Assembly: GCA_964489705.1 (NCBI GenBank)
Contig: CAZAZQ010000001.1
Location: 52,503-116,502, forward strand
Length of the DNA stretch: 64,000 nt
Source of the DNA: an uncultured Ignavibacteriales bacterium
GTDB lineage: Bacteria; Zixibacteria; MSB-5A5; GN15; FEB-12
Reading direction: 5' to 3'
Of the stretch, positions 1-8,392 are shown in pieces. The notes under the pieces are model-generated. The model made no database searches and was not told where the DNA came from. It was given only the letters and a program-made list of their open reading frames with translations. How positions within the stretch are numbered: the first letter of the stretch is position 1; each line of letters starts with the position of its first letter. Made by a program: the position numbers and the translations under genes.

Positions 1-179
1 CGAACAAACCCAAGCCGTGGCTCGATGACACCAGTTGGGGTGAGCCGGTCGACCAGGGCGGTGACGACAGCGGTTGGGGCGAGCCAATTGTCCGAGACTA
101 TGGAAACAACAGCACTCTAATTGACATCTTCTTTCAGTATTTCTTCCTCAAGTTTTTATCAGGGGATGGAATAAAATAG
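1..179 (+). CDS. 3-prime fragment (5-prime end cut by window edge) of a small secreted W/D/G/P-repeat protein, paralog of 282..668
   Basis: Frame 3 reads NKPKPWLDDTSWGEPVDQGGDDSGWGEPIVRDYGNNSTLIDIFFQYFFLKFLSGDGIK, with TAG at 177-179. Nt 1-85 closely match 508-592 inside the next gene. It has the same hydrophobic C-terminal tail. Confidence 0.6.
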   Translation, partial: NKPKPWLDDTSWGEPVDQGGDDSGWGEPIVRDYGNNSTLIDIFFQYFFLKFLSGDGIK

Positions 180-281
180 GAGGTTTGTCTTATACCCCGG
201 GTGGCGGGTACAAAATGCTCGCCGCCCACCATATGAAGAGGAAATAACCGTAAGCCTTTAAGCCAAACAAAGGAGAACAAG

Positions 282-668
282 ATGAAAAAAGCTGCAATTC
301 TGTTGAGCGTTGCTCTCTTCGGTATGATGCTGCTTTCGGTGAGTGTTTACGCCGGCAGCACCGACCCCAACAAGCCGAAACCATGGCTCGATGACAGCGG
401 TTGGAGCGACCCGGTCGACCATAACGGCGACGACGGAAGTTGGGGCGAGCCGACTGACCGAGTAAGCGGCAAAAACAGCGGTGCTTACGCCACCGGCAGC
501 ACCGACCCGAACAAACCCAAGCCGTGGCTCGATGACGGCAGTTGGGTTGAGCCGGTCGACCAGAGCGGTGATGACGGTGGTTGGGGTGATCCGGTGCACA
601 GAAGTTGGAAGCGCTTTCACATTCAGTCGTTGTTGTTCGAGTTTTTTCTCTGGGGTTCGGTGAGGTAG
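282..668 (+). CDS. Small secreted protein with two tandem STDPNKPKPWLDD-GW-EPVD-GDDG-WG-P repeats and a hydrophobic C-terminal tail
   Basis: Signal-peptide-like N-terminus MKKAAILLSVALFGMMLLSVSVYA. There is an internal duplication (residues about 26-58 and 72-103). AGGAG lies upstream at 271-275. The tail is IQSLLFEFFLWGSVR. Confidence 0.7.
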   Translation: MKKAAILLSVALFGMMLLSVSVYAGSTDPNKPKPWLDDSGWSDPVDHNGDDGSWGEPTDRVSGKNSGAYATGSTDPNKPKPWLDDGSWVEPVDQSGDDGGWGDPVHRSWKRFHIQSLLFEFFLWGSVR

Positions 669-830
669 CAGGGAAAGGTCGGGTTCCTTTTTGCCGTGAG
701 CGGGGAGCCCGACCTGAGGTAACGAGAGAGCAAATGGGCAACACACGCATGCGTGATTTCGTGTCAACATTAACCAAAAACCTAAAGAAGGTCTGGTACA
801 AACCTGCCACCACTATCTCTCTAACGGCAG

Positions 831-870
831 TAACGGTAGGGAAGATCCGGTACGGATCTGCCTTTATTCC
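831..870 (+). repeat. Partial (5-prime half) copy of the ~105-nt structured repeat family
   Basis: TAACGGTAGGGAAGATCCGGTACGGATCTGCC is identical to the start of the full units at 2263 and 1831. Confidence 0.8.
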
Positions 871-879
871 AATGTCTAC

Positions 880-908
880 TTGACAGGGAAGCTTACAACA
901 TATATTCT
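880..908 (+). promoter_or_regulatory. Possible sigma70-type promoter for the AT-rich lipoprotein gene
   Basis: TTGACA (880-885), 17-nt spacer, TATTCT (903-908), about 30 nt upstream of the ATG at 940. Confidence 0.3.
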
Positions 909-939
909 TATGAATATTAAAGTCATAAGGAGATCGTCT

Positions 940-1697
940 ATGAGAATAATTAATTTATTTTTAAGTACCCTTCTTATCTTTTTTTTTCTTCATGTAGCAA
1001 AGATAAAACAGAATTTGAAGTAGCAGAGAGAACATATTATCAAGGTGATATTTCAAAGGCAAAACAATTATTTGAAGAATTTATTAAAAATTATCCCACA
1101 AGTAAGTGGAGAAACAGCGCCGAGAACGAACTTAATAAATGCCAAAAAATATTAGATAATTTTGATCAAATAAAAAAGTTAAGAAAACAAAAAAATTATA
1201 TTAAAGCTAAAGATTTGTACATTGAAATATATAAATTAAACTCAAGTATAGTTGATACACATAAAGTATTTTTAGAATTAGACAGCTTAAATTATATATA
1301 TGAAAATCAGTTTCTTGTTGATCTTTCAAAATTTTTGTTAACTATGAATTCTATCTCCAAAATTTTTATTCTTGGAGTTTATTACCTTGACAATAATTTA
1401 TCTGAAAATTATTACTTCGCTAAAGCAATTGATCAAGTAATGTCATCTGATGAAGCAAAAAGTCTTCAAGATAGTGTTTTATTTTACTACCAAAAAATAA
1501 AACTACCACCAACTAAATATGCTTCTTGTGTTAAAGAAATTGAAAATTCATATAGATCATTTAATGAATTAATTAATACTTTAAATAACCTACAAAATTA
1601 TAGCAGATTTACACTACGACAACAATTAGCAAAATTAGATAATAGTATAAGCTCTTCTATCAACAATCTCGCAATATATTTACCAAAAGATAACTAG
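940..1697 (+). pseudogene. AT-rich putative lipoprotein (TPR/helical-like) gene with reading frame broken at a T9 homopolymer
   Basis: AGGAG at 928-932, ATG at 940. MRIINLFLSTLLIFFF runs into T9 (979-987) and stops at 1021-1023. The -1 frame continues SSCSKDKTEFEVAERTYYQGDISKAKQLFEEFIKNYPTSKW... into tracked ORF 1215..1697. One extra T would give signal peptide plus lipobox-like FSSC. Confidence 0.6.
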
Positions 1698-1730
1698 CAA
1701 CGGTGGGAAGTTCCAGAACGGATCTGCCTA
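1698..1730 (+). repeat. Diverged partial copy of the structured repeat, starting right after the stop codon of the AT-rich gene
   Basis: CAACGGTGGGAAGTTCCAGAACGGATCTGCC aligns with unit start CAACGGTAGGGAAGATCCGGTACGGATCTGCC. Confidence 0.7.
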
Positions 1731-1830
1731 TTTTTATACACCTTATCTCTCGGCTACCTACCCGAGTAAATAGTGTCAGGAGAAATCCACTTGCAAAACA
1801 GAAAGAGTTTTTCTTATCTTCTCAACGAAG

Positions 1831-1937
1831 TAACGGTAGGGAAGATCCGGAACGGATCTGCCTTCTTTGATATTTCCCCCCGGCAGGTCTCTTTCGAGAC
1901 CTTCCCTACCGAACGGATAGCGCACATAAGTCGGTAG
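1831..1937 (+). repeat. Full ~105-nt structured repeat unit (copy C)
   Basis: TAACGGTAGGGAAGATCCGGAACGGATCTGCC...GGCAGGTCTCTTTCGAGACCTTCCCTACCGAACGGATAGCGCACATAAGTCGGTAG, near-identical to the units at 2263..2460. Confidence 0.85.
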
Positions 1938-1948
1938 TGGGGTAACGG

Positions 1949-2200
1949 ATGATGGTATTGCTTTATCTTAACATAATTCTTTTCTTGGCAGGCGTGGTGT
2001 GCCTGTTCAAAGCATGGCGAATGCAAGATCCTGAACATCCCCTCTTCACATTCAAAAAATCCAAACTGAACCCTCGACACTGGGACTGGAAGGCTTTTAG
2101 TAACAATAATCCAGCTTTCCGATTGGGGATGTTGGGATCGGTTTTGCTGACTTTAAGCGGTTTGATGGGTGCTATCTTTTGGATTGTAGTGGCACCCTGA
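1949..2200 (+). CDS. Small two-TM membrane protein, unknown function
   Basis: 83 aa with two hydrophobic segments (LLYLNIILFLAGVVCLF and LGMLGSVLLTLSGLMGAIFWIVV). It is sandwiched between repeat copies. No recognisable family. Confidence 0.45.
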   Translation: MMVLLYLNIILFLAGVVCLFKAWRMQDPEHPLFTFKKSKLNPRHWDWKAFSNNNPAFRLGMLGSVLLTLSGLMGAIFWIVVAP

Positions 2201-2262
2201 GGGTGACTTATTGATAAGCGCGGTCGGGAATCCTTTCCCGAGCGGATCTTTGCGAGGAGTAG

Positions 2263-2460
2263 TAACGGTAGGGAAGATCCGGTACGGATCTGCCTCTTTG
2301 ATATTCCCGTCTGGCAGGTCTCTTCGAGACCTTCCCTACCGAACGGATGGTGCACATAAGTCGGTAGCAACGGTAGGGAAGATCCGGTACGGATCTGCCT
2401 CTTTGATATTCCCGTTTGGCAGGTCTCTTGCGAGACCTTCCCTACCGGACTGCACGCACC
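2263..2460 (+). repeat. Two head-to-tail copies (A 2263..2367, B 2368..2460) of the ~105-nt structured repeat
   Basis: Direct tandem. Each unit contains the nested inverted repeats CGGTAGGGAAG/CTTCCCTACCG, GATCCG/CGGATC and AGGTCTC/GAGACCT. Confidence 0.9.
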
Positions 2461-2607
2461 AAAAACGCTCCAGACGTCGCCGATCGGTCACAAAACCAGA
2501 AAACCTCTTGAAAGAGAACAAGATAGAAGCAAAACACACGCTAAAACTTCCCTCTTGATCTCCGAGATCGTATATACAAAAATCCATTCTTGTTGTGAAA
2601 ATAACTC

Positions 2608-2636
2608 TTGACAAACGCTATAAGTGTTTTATTTTA
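2608..2636 (+). promoter_or_regulatory. Possible sigma70-type promoter upstream of 2805..3128
   Basis: TTGACA at 2608-2613, then a 16-17 nt spacer, then TATTTT/ATTTTA. Confidence 0.25.
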
Positions 2637-2804
2637 CTTACAGTTAAGTGAGGAGCGTGTGATAGGTGGGAACGTAAATAGGACGATATTTAATAATTGC
2701 TGTTTCCCGAGAGAGTGCATCAAGTTTGTAAGGCGGGGTACATGCTTCTCATCCCACGAGCCTATCTTTACGCTCATTATTAACGATAAGCAAGAAGGTT
2801 TGAT

Positions 2805-3128
2805 ATGAAGCGATTGATAACGCTTGTGCTTATAATCTCCTTTAGTGTAACCATCCTATCCCCCACACTATCCGCCGTCTGCCCTGATCCAAACTGGCGT
2901 CCTCCCTGGCGTCAAACTATCGAGGAAATACAACAAGGGGATGATACGGGGTGGGGAGAACCAGTAGATCAGAAAAGGGATTTTCCAAAGCCATTTCTCT
3001 TTATAAAAGATGGGATATCCTACTTTATTATTTTGCTGTTAAATTCAGCCAACCCTGAACAGCCGAGCAACGATGAAGACAAAAGCTTCACAGATATTGA
3101 CAATAGCAGAAGAGCTAATCCACAATAG
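2805..3128 (+). CDS. Small secreted protein, diverged member of the GWGEPVDQ family
   Basis: Signal peptide MKRLITLVLIISFSVTILSPTLSA, then CPDPNWRPPW...GDDTGWGEPVDQ and a hydrophobic stretch ISYFIILLL. The 3-prime end overlaps the next ORF. Confidence 0.55.
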   Translation: MKRLITLVLIISFSVTILSPTLSAVCPDPNWRPPWRQTIEEIQQGDDTGWGEPVDQKRDFPKPFLFIKDGISYFIILLLNSANPEQPSNDEDKSFTDIDNSRRANPQ

Positions 3129-5208
3129 ACATTTTCCTGAAGCTCTTCAAGCACTCCGGTCATGTGATGTTCCTTCTTTAGATGAGAAGGAATATGGTGA
3201 ATATTGTATATTGTTGGCTGAGGTTAATCTTTTCCTTGGAAATTACTCAGTAAATGATTTAATTGAGAGTGCAATCGAAGTTTTTCGCCTTGATGCTACA
3301 ACCGATAGGTATCCGAAAGCAAAATACTTACGAGGATGGCTTTTGTCATCGGTTGGGCAATATGCCGAAGCTAAAGAAGCTTTGATTGAAGCCCACATAA
3401 ACTACGTGCGTTGTCGTGACCACAAAGGAATTGCAAGATCATTAAATCGTCTCTCGTACGTTTATTTTCAATTAGGTGACATTGACGCTGCCATAGAAAG
3501 TTTAGAAAAGTGTGCAAAACAATATCATCAGGTTGATGATATCTCAAACGAATCTACAGTCTTAATGAATCTTGCTGCTCTTTGCTTCAGAGCAGGGAAA
3601 TTACAAAAGTCAATTTCATTATATCATCAAATTATCGGGCAACTCGAGGGGAAAGATATATTAATTGCATTTTATAACTCTTCTATCCCCTACGCACTCA
3701 AAGGGGATTACAAGACAGCGTTGGAAACCATCCAAAAGACGCAACCGGAATTGCAGACCTACGTCAGAGACCAAGCGATCTATTATGAGAATTTAGGGTT
3801 GATATCTATCCTGCGGGGCGACTATAACCGTGCGGAAAACGCCCTCAATGCCGGTCTGAAGATGTCGCTGGAGATAGCGCCCGAATCGTCGCTGGTCTCG
3901 CAAATCAAGCGGTTGTTGGGAGATTTGTACGTCGCTACAAGGAAGTGGCGGTTGGCGGAAAAATTTGCGCGCGAGGCGCTGGCGGTGGCGGAGAAAATCT
4001 CCGAGCGAGTGGAAATCGCGGCATGCTATCGGATCTTCGCGCAGATCGAACAGCACAAAAACGACGACGAAAAAGCCCGTATGTGGTTTGAGCGGGCAAT
4101 CGATATATTCACGCAAATAGGGTCGCTTTACGAGCTGGCGGTGACCCGCTACCTGGCGGCGACATCCGGCTTGTACGAAAGCGGCGAACGTACGGCGATG
4201 CTGTACTTGGCGCGGGAATACTTCCAATCGGAAGAGGTCAGCCATTACGTCGAGAAAATCGACGCGCAACTCCGGCGGATCCATATCCCGAAGCGCACCC
4301 CCGCCAACAAGAGCGGGTTCCCCTGCCCGAAGGTCATCGCCGTAAACAAAGAATTCCGGGAAATCTTGGAGCTGGCGAAAGAAGCCGCCCGTTCCGAGCT
4401 GTCCATCCTGCTGACGGGTCCGACCGGCACCGGGAAAGACATTCTCGCAGAGTTCATTCATTACCACAGCGGCAGGACGGGTAAGTTCGTCAAAATGAAT
4501 TCCGCCGCCATCCAGAACACTCTGATGGAGTCGGAGCTGTTCGGCAGCACACGCGGTGCCTTCACCGGCAGCAAAGACCGTATCGGTTTGCTCGAAGAAG
4601 CGGCGGATGGGACCTTCTTCCTCAACGAAATCGCCGACTCCTCTCCGGAAGTTCAAGCAAAGCTCTTGGAAGCGCTGGAATTCCATCATGTGAAACGGCT
4701 AGGTGAGAACAAAGTGCGCAAAGTGAACTTCCGGCTGATCACCGCCACAAACCGCGACCTCCTCGAGCTTATCGGCAAGGATCGCTTCCGTGCCGATCTT
4801 TATCACCGGCTCAACGAAATCAACATCGACCTCCCGCCGCTAAAAGACCGCAAAGAAGACATCCCGATGCTGACGCGTCATTTCCTTACTTTTGCGGGCT
4901 TCGACTTGACCGACGCCACCGAGAAAGAGCTTGACGAGCTCGGCAGCATCTTCATGCGTCGCATTTGGCCCGGCAACATCCGCGAGCTCAAAGCCGAAAT
5001 TCAACGGCTCTGGATGATGGCGCGCGGCGATATAAAGAAAATCATCGAGTACGCCCTCAAGCGCAACGAGGACATCGAGCGGGAAGAACTGATAACAGCG
5101 CTCCAAATGGCGGGCGGGAACTATGTAAAAGCGGCGAAGATTCTAGGCGTCAGCGAAGGAACCATCCGCTACCGCATCAAAAAGTACAAGCTGGGAAAAA
5201 CTAAATAA
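3073..5208 (+). CDS. Sigma-54-dependent transcriptional activator (bEBP) with an N-terminal TPR-like sensor region
   Basis: AAA+ core: Walker A LLTGPTGTGKD, ESELFG, GAFTG loop. C-terminal Fis-type HTH: GNYVKAAKILGVSEGTIRYRIKKY. About 400 aa of helical-repeat N-terminus. Confidence 0.9.
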   Translation: MKTKASQILTIAEELIHNRHFPEALQALRSCDVPSLDEKEYGEYCILLAEVNLFLGNYSVNDLIESAIEVFRLDATTDRYPKAKYLRGWLLSSVGQYAEAKEALIEAHINYVRCRDHKGIARSLNRLSYVYFQLGDIDAAIESLEKCAKQYHQVDDISNESTVLMNLAALCFRAGKLQKSISLYHQIIGQLEGKDILIAFYNSSIPYALKGDYKTALETIQKTQPELQTYVRDQAIYYENLGLISILRGDYNRAENALNAGLKMSLEIAPESSLVSQIKRLLGDLYVATRKWRLAEKFAREALAVAEKISERVEIAACYRIFAQIEQHKNDDEKARMWFERAIDIFTQIGSLYELAVTRYLAATSGLYESGERTAMLYLAREYFQSEEVSHYVEKIDAQLRRIHIPKRTPANKSGFPCPKVIAVNKEFREILELAKEAARSELSILLTGPTGTGKDILAEFIHYHSGRTGKFVKMNSAAIQNTLMESELFGSTRGAFTGSKDRIGLLEEAADGTFFLNEIADSSPEVQAKLLEALEFHHVKRLGENKVRKVNFRLITATNRDLLELIGKDRFRADLYHRLNEINIDLPPLKDRKEDIPMLTRHFLTFAGFDLTDATEKELDELGSIFMRRIWPGNIRELKAEIQRLWMMARGDIKKIIEYALKRNEDIEREELITALQMAGGNYVKAAKILGVSEGTIRYRIKKYKLGKTK

Positions 5209-5249
5209 GCCCCTCTTCCCTTTTCCAAAAAACTTCAAGCTTTGTAAAT

Positions 5250-5279
5250 GTAGGGCAAGTCTCGAAGAGACCTGCCAAA
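5250..5279 (-). repeat. Partial reverse-orientation copy of the 3-prime half of the structured repeat
   Basis: The reverse complement TTTGGCAGGTCTCTTCGAGACTTGCCCTAC matches the unit segment TTTGGCAGGTCTCTTGCGAGACCTTCCCTACC. Confidence 0.65.
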
Positions 5280-5323
5280 AATTAAGAAGCAATAGGTCTG
5301 TCCTTGACCCCTTCTATCTGAAG

Positions 5324-5644
5324 CTATCGGCTCTCCATTTCGCTCTTGACCCACTCGATGTAGTCGGACAAACCGTCGGAAAGCGGCAGCGAAATAATTT
5401 CGGGAATATCATAAGGATGGTGCTCGACGACCCAGGCACGCAATTCGTCAAAGCGCTGCCGGGTAGTCTTGACAATCAAGAGCGCTTCTTCGTCATGCTC
5501 GACCTTGTCGTCCCACCAGTAGTACGACTCAATCTTGGGAAGGATATTCACACACGCCGCCAAGCGATTTTCCACCAAGCCGCGGGCAAGCTCCTTGGCT
5601 TCGTCCCGCGGCAATGAGATAAACACCACCCGGATATTTTCCAT
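5324..5644 (-). CDS. cutA: Divalent-cation tolerance protein CutA
   Basis: 106 aa with LAACVNILP..IESYYWWDDKVEHDEEALLIVKT...HPYDIPEI, typical of CutA1. Confidence 0.85.
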   Translation of the reverse strand: MENIRVVFISLPRDEAKELARGLVENRLAACVNILPKIESYYWWDDKVEHDEEALLIVKTTRQRFDELRAWVVEHHPYDIPEIISLPLSDGLSDYIEWVKSEMESR

Positions 5645-5952
5645 TATTTGCTCACTTCCCGTTTGAGTTTCTTTTCGATTGACGCCACCTTGCCGGTGAG
5701 GCGGTTGCGCGCCCCTTTACGGTCGTCCATTGTCAGCACCATGTAGACTCGGTCGTGCTTCTTTCTCAACATCAGACGCGCCTTGTTTATTAACGCCATG
5801 ACGGTATCCCAGTCGCCTTCGATAATCGTGGACATCGCCGTCAATTTGTACGGCAACCCGGACTTGTCGATGAGGTCGATAACTTTGGCGACATCCTCGG
5901 AAACCGAAGCGGTCCCTTTACTCGTCGGAAAAATAGCCAACTGAAACAACAT
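5644..5952 (-). CDS. MTH1187/YkoF-like (DUF77) thiamine-binding family protein
   Basis: 102 aa. N-terminus ...LAIFPTSKGTASVSEDVAKVIDLIDKSGLPYKLTAMSTIIEG is typical of this family. Confidence 0.7.
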   Translation of the reverse strand: MLFQLAIFPTSKGTASVSEDVAKVIDLIDKSGLPYKLTAMSTIIEGDWDTVMALINKARLMLRKKHDRVYMVLTMDDRKGARNRLTGKVASIEKKLKREVSK

Positions 5953-5954
5953 CG

Positions 5955-7211
5955 CTACTCCTCCTGTAAACGTTCGGGATACAAAGGAAACTTCTCACAT
6001 AACGCCGCTACTTCCTTGGCGATTTCCGCCAACACTTCGTCGTTGCGGCGATTTTCAATCGCCCGGTGGATAAACTCAGCTATCTGTTCCATCTCCGCCA
6101 CCCCCATTCCCCGCGTCGTTACCGCCGGTGTCCCGATGCGGATCCCGGAAGTTACAAACGGTTTCTCAGGATCAAAAGGAACGGTATTCTTGTTGACCGT
6201 AATTCCCGCTTTGTCCAACGCTTTCTCGACTTTCTTGCCGGTCAGCTTCGGGATGTCAATAAAAGACACCAGCATCAAATGCGTATCGGTCCCTCCGGCA
6301 ACCAACCGATAGCCGCGCTTCTTGAGCGCCTCGGCTAAGGCTTTGGCGTTTTCGACGATTCGCTTTTGATATTGCTTAAACTCATCGGTTAAGGCTTCCT
6401 TGAACGCCACCGCTTTCGCCGCAATAACGTGCATCAAGGGACCGCCCTGGATACCGGGCATCACCATCCGGTCTAAATCGGCGGCATATTTCTCCTTGCA
6501 CATCACCACTCCCCCACGCGGCCCGCGCAGAGTCTTATGGGTAGTGGACGTAACGAAATCGGCATACGGTATTGGCGAGGGATGCAGTCCGGCGGCTATC
6601 AATCCGGCGATATGGGCAATGTCGACCATCATGTACGCCCCGACCGCATCGCAAGCTTCGCGAATCTTTTCAAAGTCCCAAAACCGAGGATATGCCGACG
6701 CCCCCGCTACAATCATTTTCGGCTTTACTTCTTTTGCCTGCTCGATGAGTTTGTCATAGTCGATGACTTCCGTTTCCTTGTCGACCTGATAGCCGACGAA
6801 GTCGAAGAGAAATCCGGAAAAGTTTATGGGGTGCCCGTGGGTTAAATGCCCGCCGTGCGAGAGGTCGAGTCCCATCACCTTATCACCCGGTTTGAGAACC
6901 GTAAAGTAGACCGCCATGTTCGCCTGCGAGCCGCTGTGGGGTTGGACATTGGCATGTTCACACCCGAACAATTGTTTGAGCCGCTCACGAGCGAGGTCTT
7001 CGGCAATATCGACATATTCACAGCCGCCGTAGTAGCGTTTGCCGGGGTAGCCTTCGGCATACTTGTTGGTCAGCACTCCCCCGGCGGCTTCCAACACCGC
7101 TTCGGAAACGAAATTTTCCGAAGCAATAAGCTCTAATTTTGTCGCTTGACGGTTTGTTTCTTTGACGATAGCATCATATATTTCCGGGTCGACATCTTTA
7201 AGATATGACAT
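5955..7211 (-). CDS. glyA: Serine hydroxymethyltransferase
   Basis: [63 protein letters not shown] and the [15 protein letters not shown]-lysine motif. The tracked ORF extends to 7730, but the conserved N-terminus begins at the ATG at 7211. Confidence 0.95.
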   Translation of the reverse strand: MSYLKDVDPEIYDAIVKETNRQATKLELIASENFVSEAVLEAAGGVLTNKYAEGYPGKRYYGGCEYVDIAEDLARERLKQLFGCEHANVQPHSGSQANMAVYFTVLKPGDKVMGLDLSHGGHLTHGHPINFSGFLFDFVGYQVDKETEVIDYDKLIEQAKEVKPKMIVAGASAYPRFWDFEKIREACDAVGAYMMVDIAHIAGLIAAGLHPSPIPYADFVTSTTHKTLRGPRGGVVMCKEKYAADLDRMVMPGIQGGPLMHVIAAKAVAFKEALTDEFKQYQKRIVENAKALAEALKKRGYRLVAGGTDTHLMLVSFIDIPKLTGKKVEKALDKAGITVNKNTVPFDPEKPFVTSGIRIGTPAVTTRGMGVAEMEQIAEFIHRAIENRRNDEVLAEIAKEVAALCEKFPLYPERLQEE

Positions 7212-7268
7212 AACATTGCTCCATAGTTTTGCCGTACTCTTTTGACATAATGTAGCGAAAACTTGGCG

Positions 7269-7796
7269 ATGGGTCAAATGAATACCAAACCGACAATCGT
7301 GGTCAGCAAATGCCTCGGCTTCGCCGCTTGCCGCTATGATGGTGGCGAAGTGGCAAGTGAACTCATTGCCAGGCTCAAGCCGTATGTGACCTTCATTCCC
7401 GTTTGCCCCGAAGAAGAAATCGGGCTCGGGACGCCACGCGAACCGATTCTCATAACTTTGAACGGCAACCGCCGCCGTCTCATTCAGCCTGCTGAGAGAA
7501 AAGAGCTTAGCGAAATCATGAACCGCTTTGCCGAGGATTTCCTCGCTTCGTTGAAGGAAGTCGACGGGTTCATTTTGAAAAGTAAATCCCCCTCGTGCGG
7601 TATCAACGATGTCAAATTGTTTGCCGACGAAAGCGCCACCAAAGTCGTCGGCAAAGGGTCGGGTTTTTTTGCTGAGGCAGTACTGGAGAAATTTCCCCAT
7701 CTCCCCGTCAAAACGGAACGACGACTGCAATCATACGCACGAGAACGGGAACGCTTTTTCGAAAGAATCTTTGGACGTAAGGACTTCCCCTTTTAA
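7269..7796 (+). CDS. DUF523 family protein (TudS-like)
   Basis: [20 protein letters not shown]...[16 protein letters not shown] is characteristic of DUF523. The start is ambiguous (7263 TTG, 7269 or 7278 ATG). Confidence 0.7.
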   Translation: MGQMNTKPTIVVSKCLGFAACRYDGGEVASELIARLKPYVTFIPVCPEEEIGLGTPREPILITLNGNRRRLIQPAERKELSEIMNRFAEDFLASLKEVDGFILKSKSPSCGINDVKLFADESATKVVGKGSGFFAEAVLEKFPHLPVKTERRLQSYARERERFFERIFGRKDFPF

Positions 7797-7987
7797 GGCG
7801 GAAGAATTTTCCTTTTCTCTACGTTTCCAATGCCATGATGGGCAACTTCACTCTGACTCTGGGAGTTCAATATCACTTCCCTTCTTATTTGCTCTCTAAC
7901 TGCGAAAATCCTAAAAGAAAAACCGGGAGTGAGTTACTCCCGGCTTCGTATATCGCCTTATCCTCCTGCCGGAACGGCAAAGGAGGC

Positions 7988-8392
7988 TTAGTACCATTTC
8001 GGGACAAACTTGTAGCCGTAGCTCAAGACACCGTGATGCCCTTCCGTCTGGATACGGCGGAACTCGATACGAACTTCCATGCCGATTTCGACTTTCTCGA
8101 CATCACAGTCGGTCATCTGACCCATCAAACGGGTGCCGTCCGTCAGCTCGACGATTGCCAGCGCATACGGCGCCAGATCGCCCCACTGACTGGGGGCAGT
8201 GCGGATGACGGTATAGGTCATCACTTTGCCCGTATCGGGAAGCTTGACCGTTTCCGAAGCGGTGTCGCCGGTTTCGGGGTCAATCGTGCGCGGCGGGAAA
8301 TAGGTCTTACCGCTTTTGGTGAACTTCGAGGCTTCCAACCGGTACCGCTGGGGATATTCACGCCAATTTCGAGAACTAAACATACTCATCAT
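7988..8392 (-). CDS. DUF35 OB-fold protein, partner of thiolase/HMG-CoA synthase
   Basis: 134 aa with an OB-fold segment [10 protein letters not shown]...[20 protein letters not shown]...[10 protein letters not shown] 4-nt ATGA overlap with the thiolase stop. The N-terminal segment lacks the usual CxxC pairs. Confidence 0.75.
   Translation of the reverse strand: MMSMFSSRNWREYPQRYRLEASKFTKSGKTYFPPRTIDPETGDTASETVKLPDTGKVMTYTVIRTAPSQWGDLAPYALAIVELTDGTRLMGQMTDCDVEKVEIGMEVRIEFRRIQTEGHHGVLSYGYKFVPKWY

Noticed and set aside
794-808. Sigma-54 promoter TGGTAC-AAACC-TGCC near the bEBP-adjacent small genes; also TGGCGG...TGC at about 209-225.
   Set aside because: GG-to-GC spacing is 9 nt in the first case and 12 nt in the second, against the required 10. 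No properly spaced -24/-12 element was found by eye in the window.
190-813. 207-aa and 170-aa minus-strand ORFs covering the small-repeat-protein region.
   Set aside because: They are antisense to ORF 282..668, which has a signal peptide, an RBS and paralogs. The minus-strand products are Arg/Cys-rich with no start context, so they are treated as shadow ORFs.
605-883. 92-aa + strand ORF and other short ORFs crossing the repeat copies (for example 2211..2558 and 1814..2080).
   Set aside because: Their sequences are dictated by the repeat units (the same peptide TVGKIRYGSA recurs wherever a repeat occurs). They lack start context, so they are read-throughs of a non-coding repeat.
1831-2460. 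Whether the ~105-nt repeats form a CRISPR array.
   Set aside because: The units are far longer than CRISPR repeats, and two are directly adjacent with no spacer. The other intervals are whole genes of irregular length, and no cas genes are nearby.
831-2460. Whether the repeats are canonical integron attC sites.
   Set aside because: I could not find the RYYYAAC ... GTTRRRY core pair in either orientation: the flanks read AACGG on both sides of the top strand. No integrase is in the window. I keep this only as a loose architectural analogy within the repeat finding.
7212-7730. The 173-codon N-terminal extension of the glyA ORF in the track.
   Set aside because: The conserved SHMT N-terminus starts at the internal Met (7211). 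The extension overlaps the divergent DUF523 gene and has no homology-like features.
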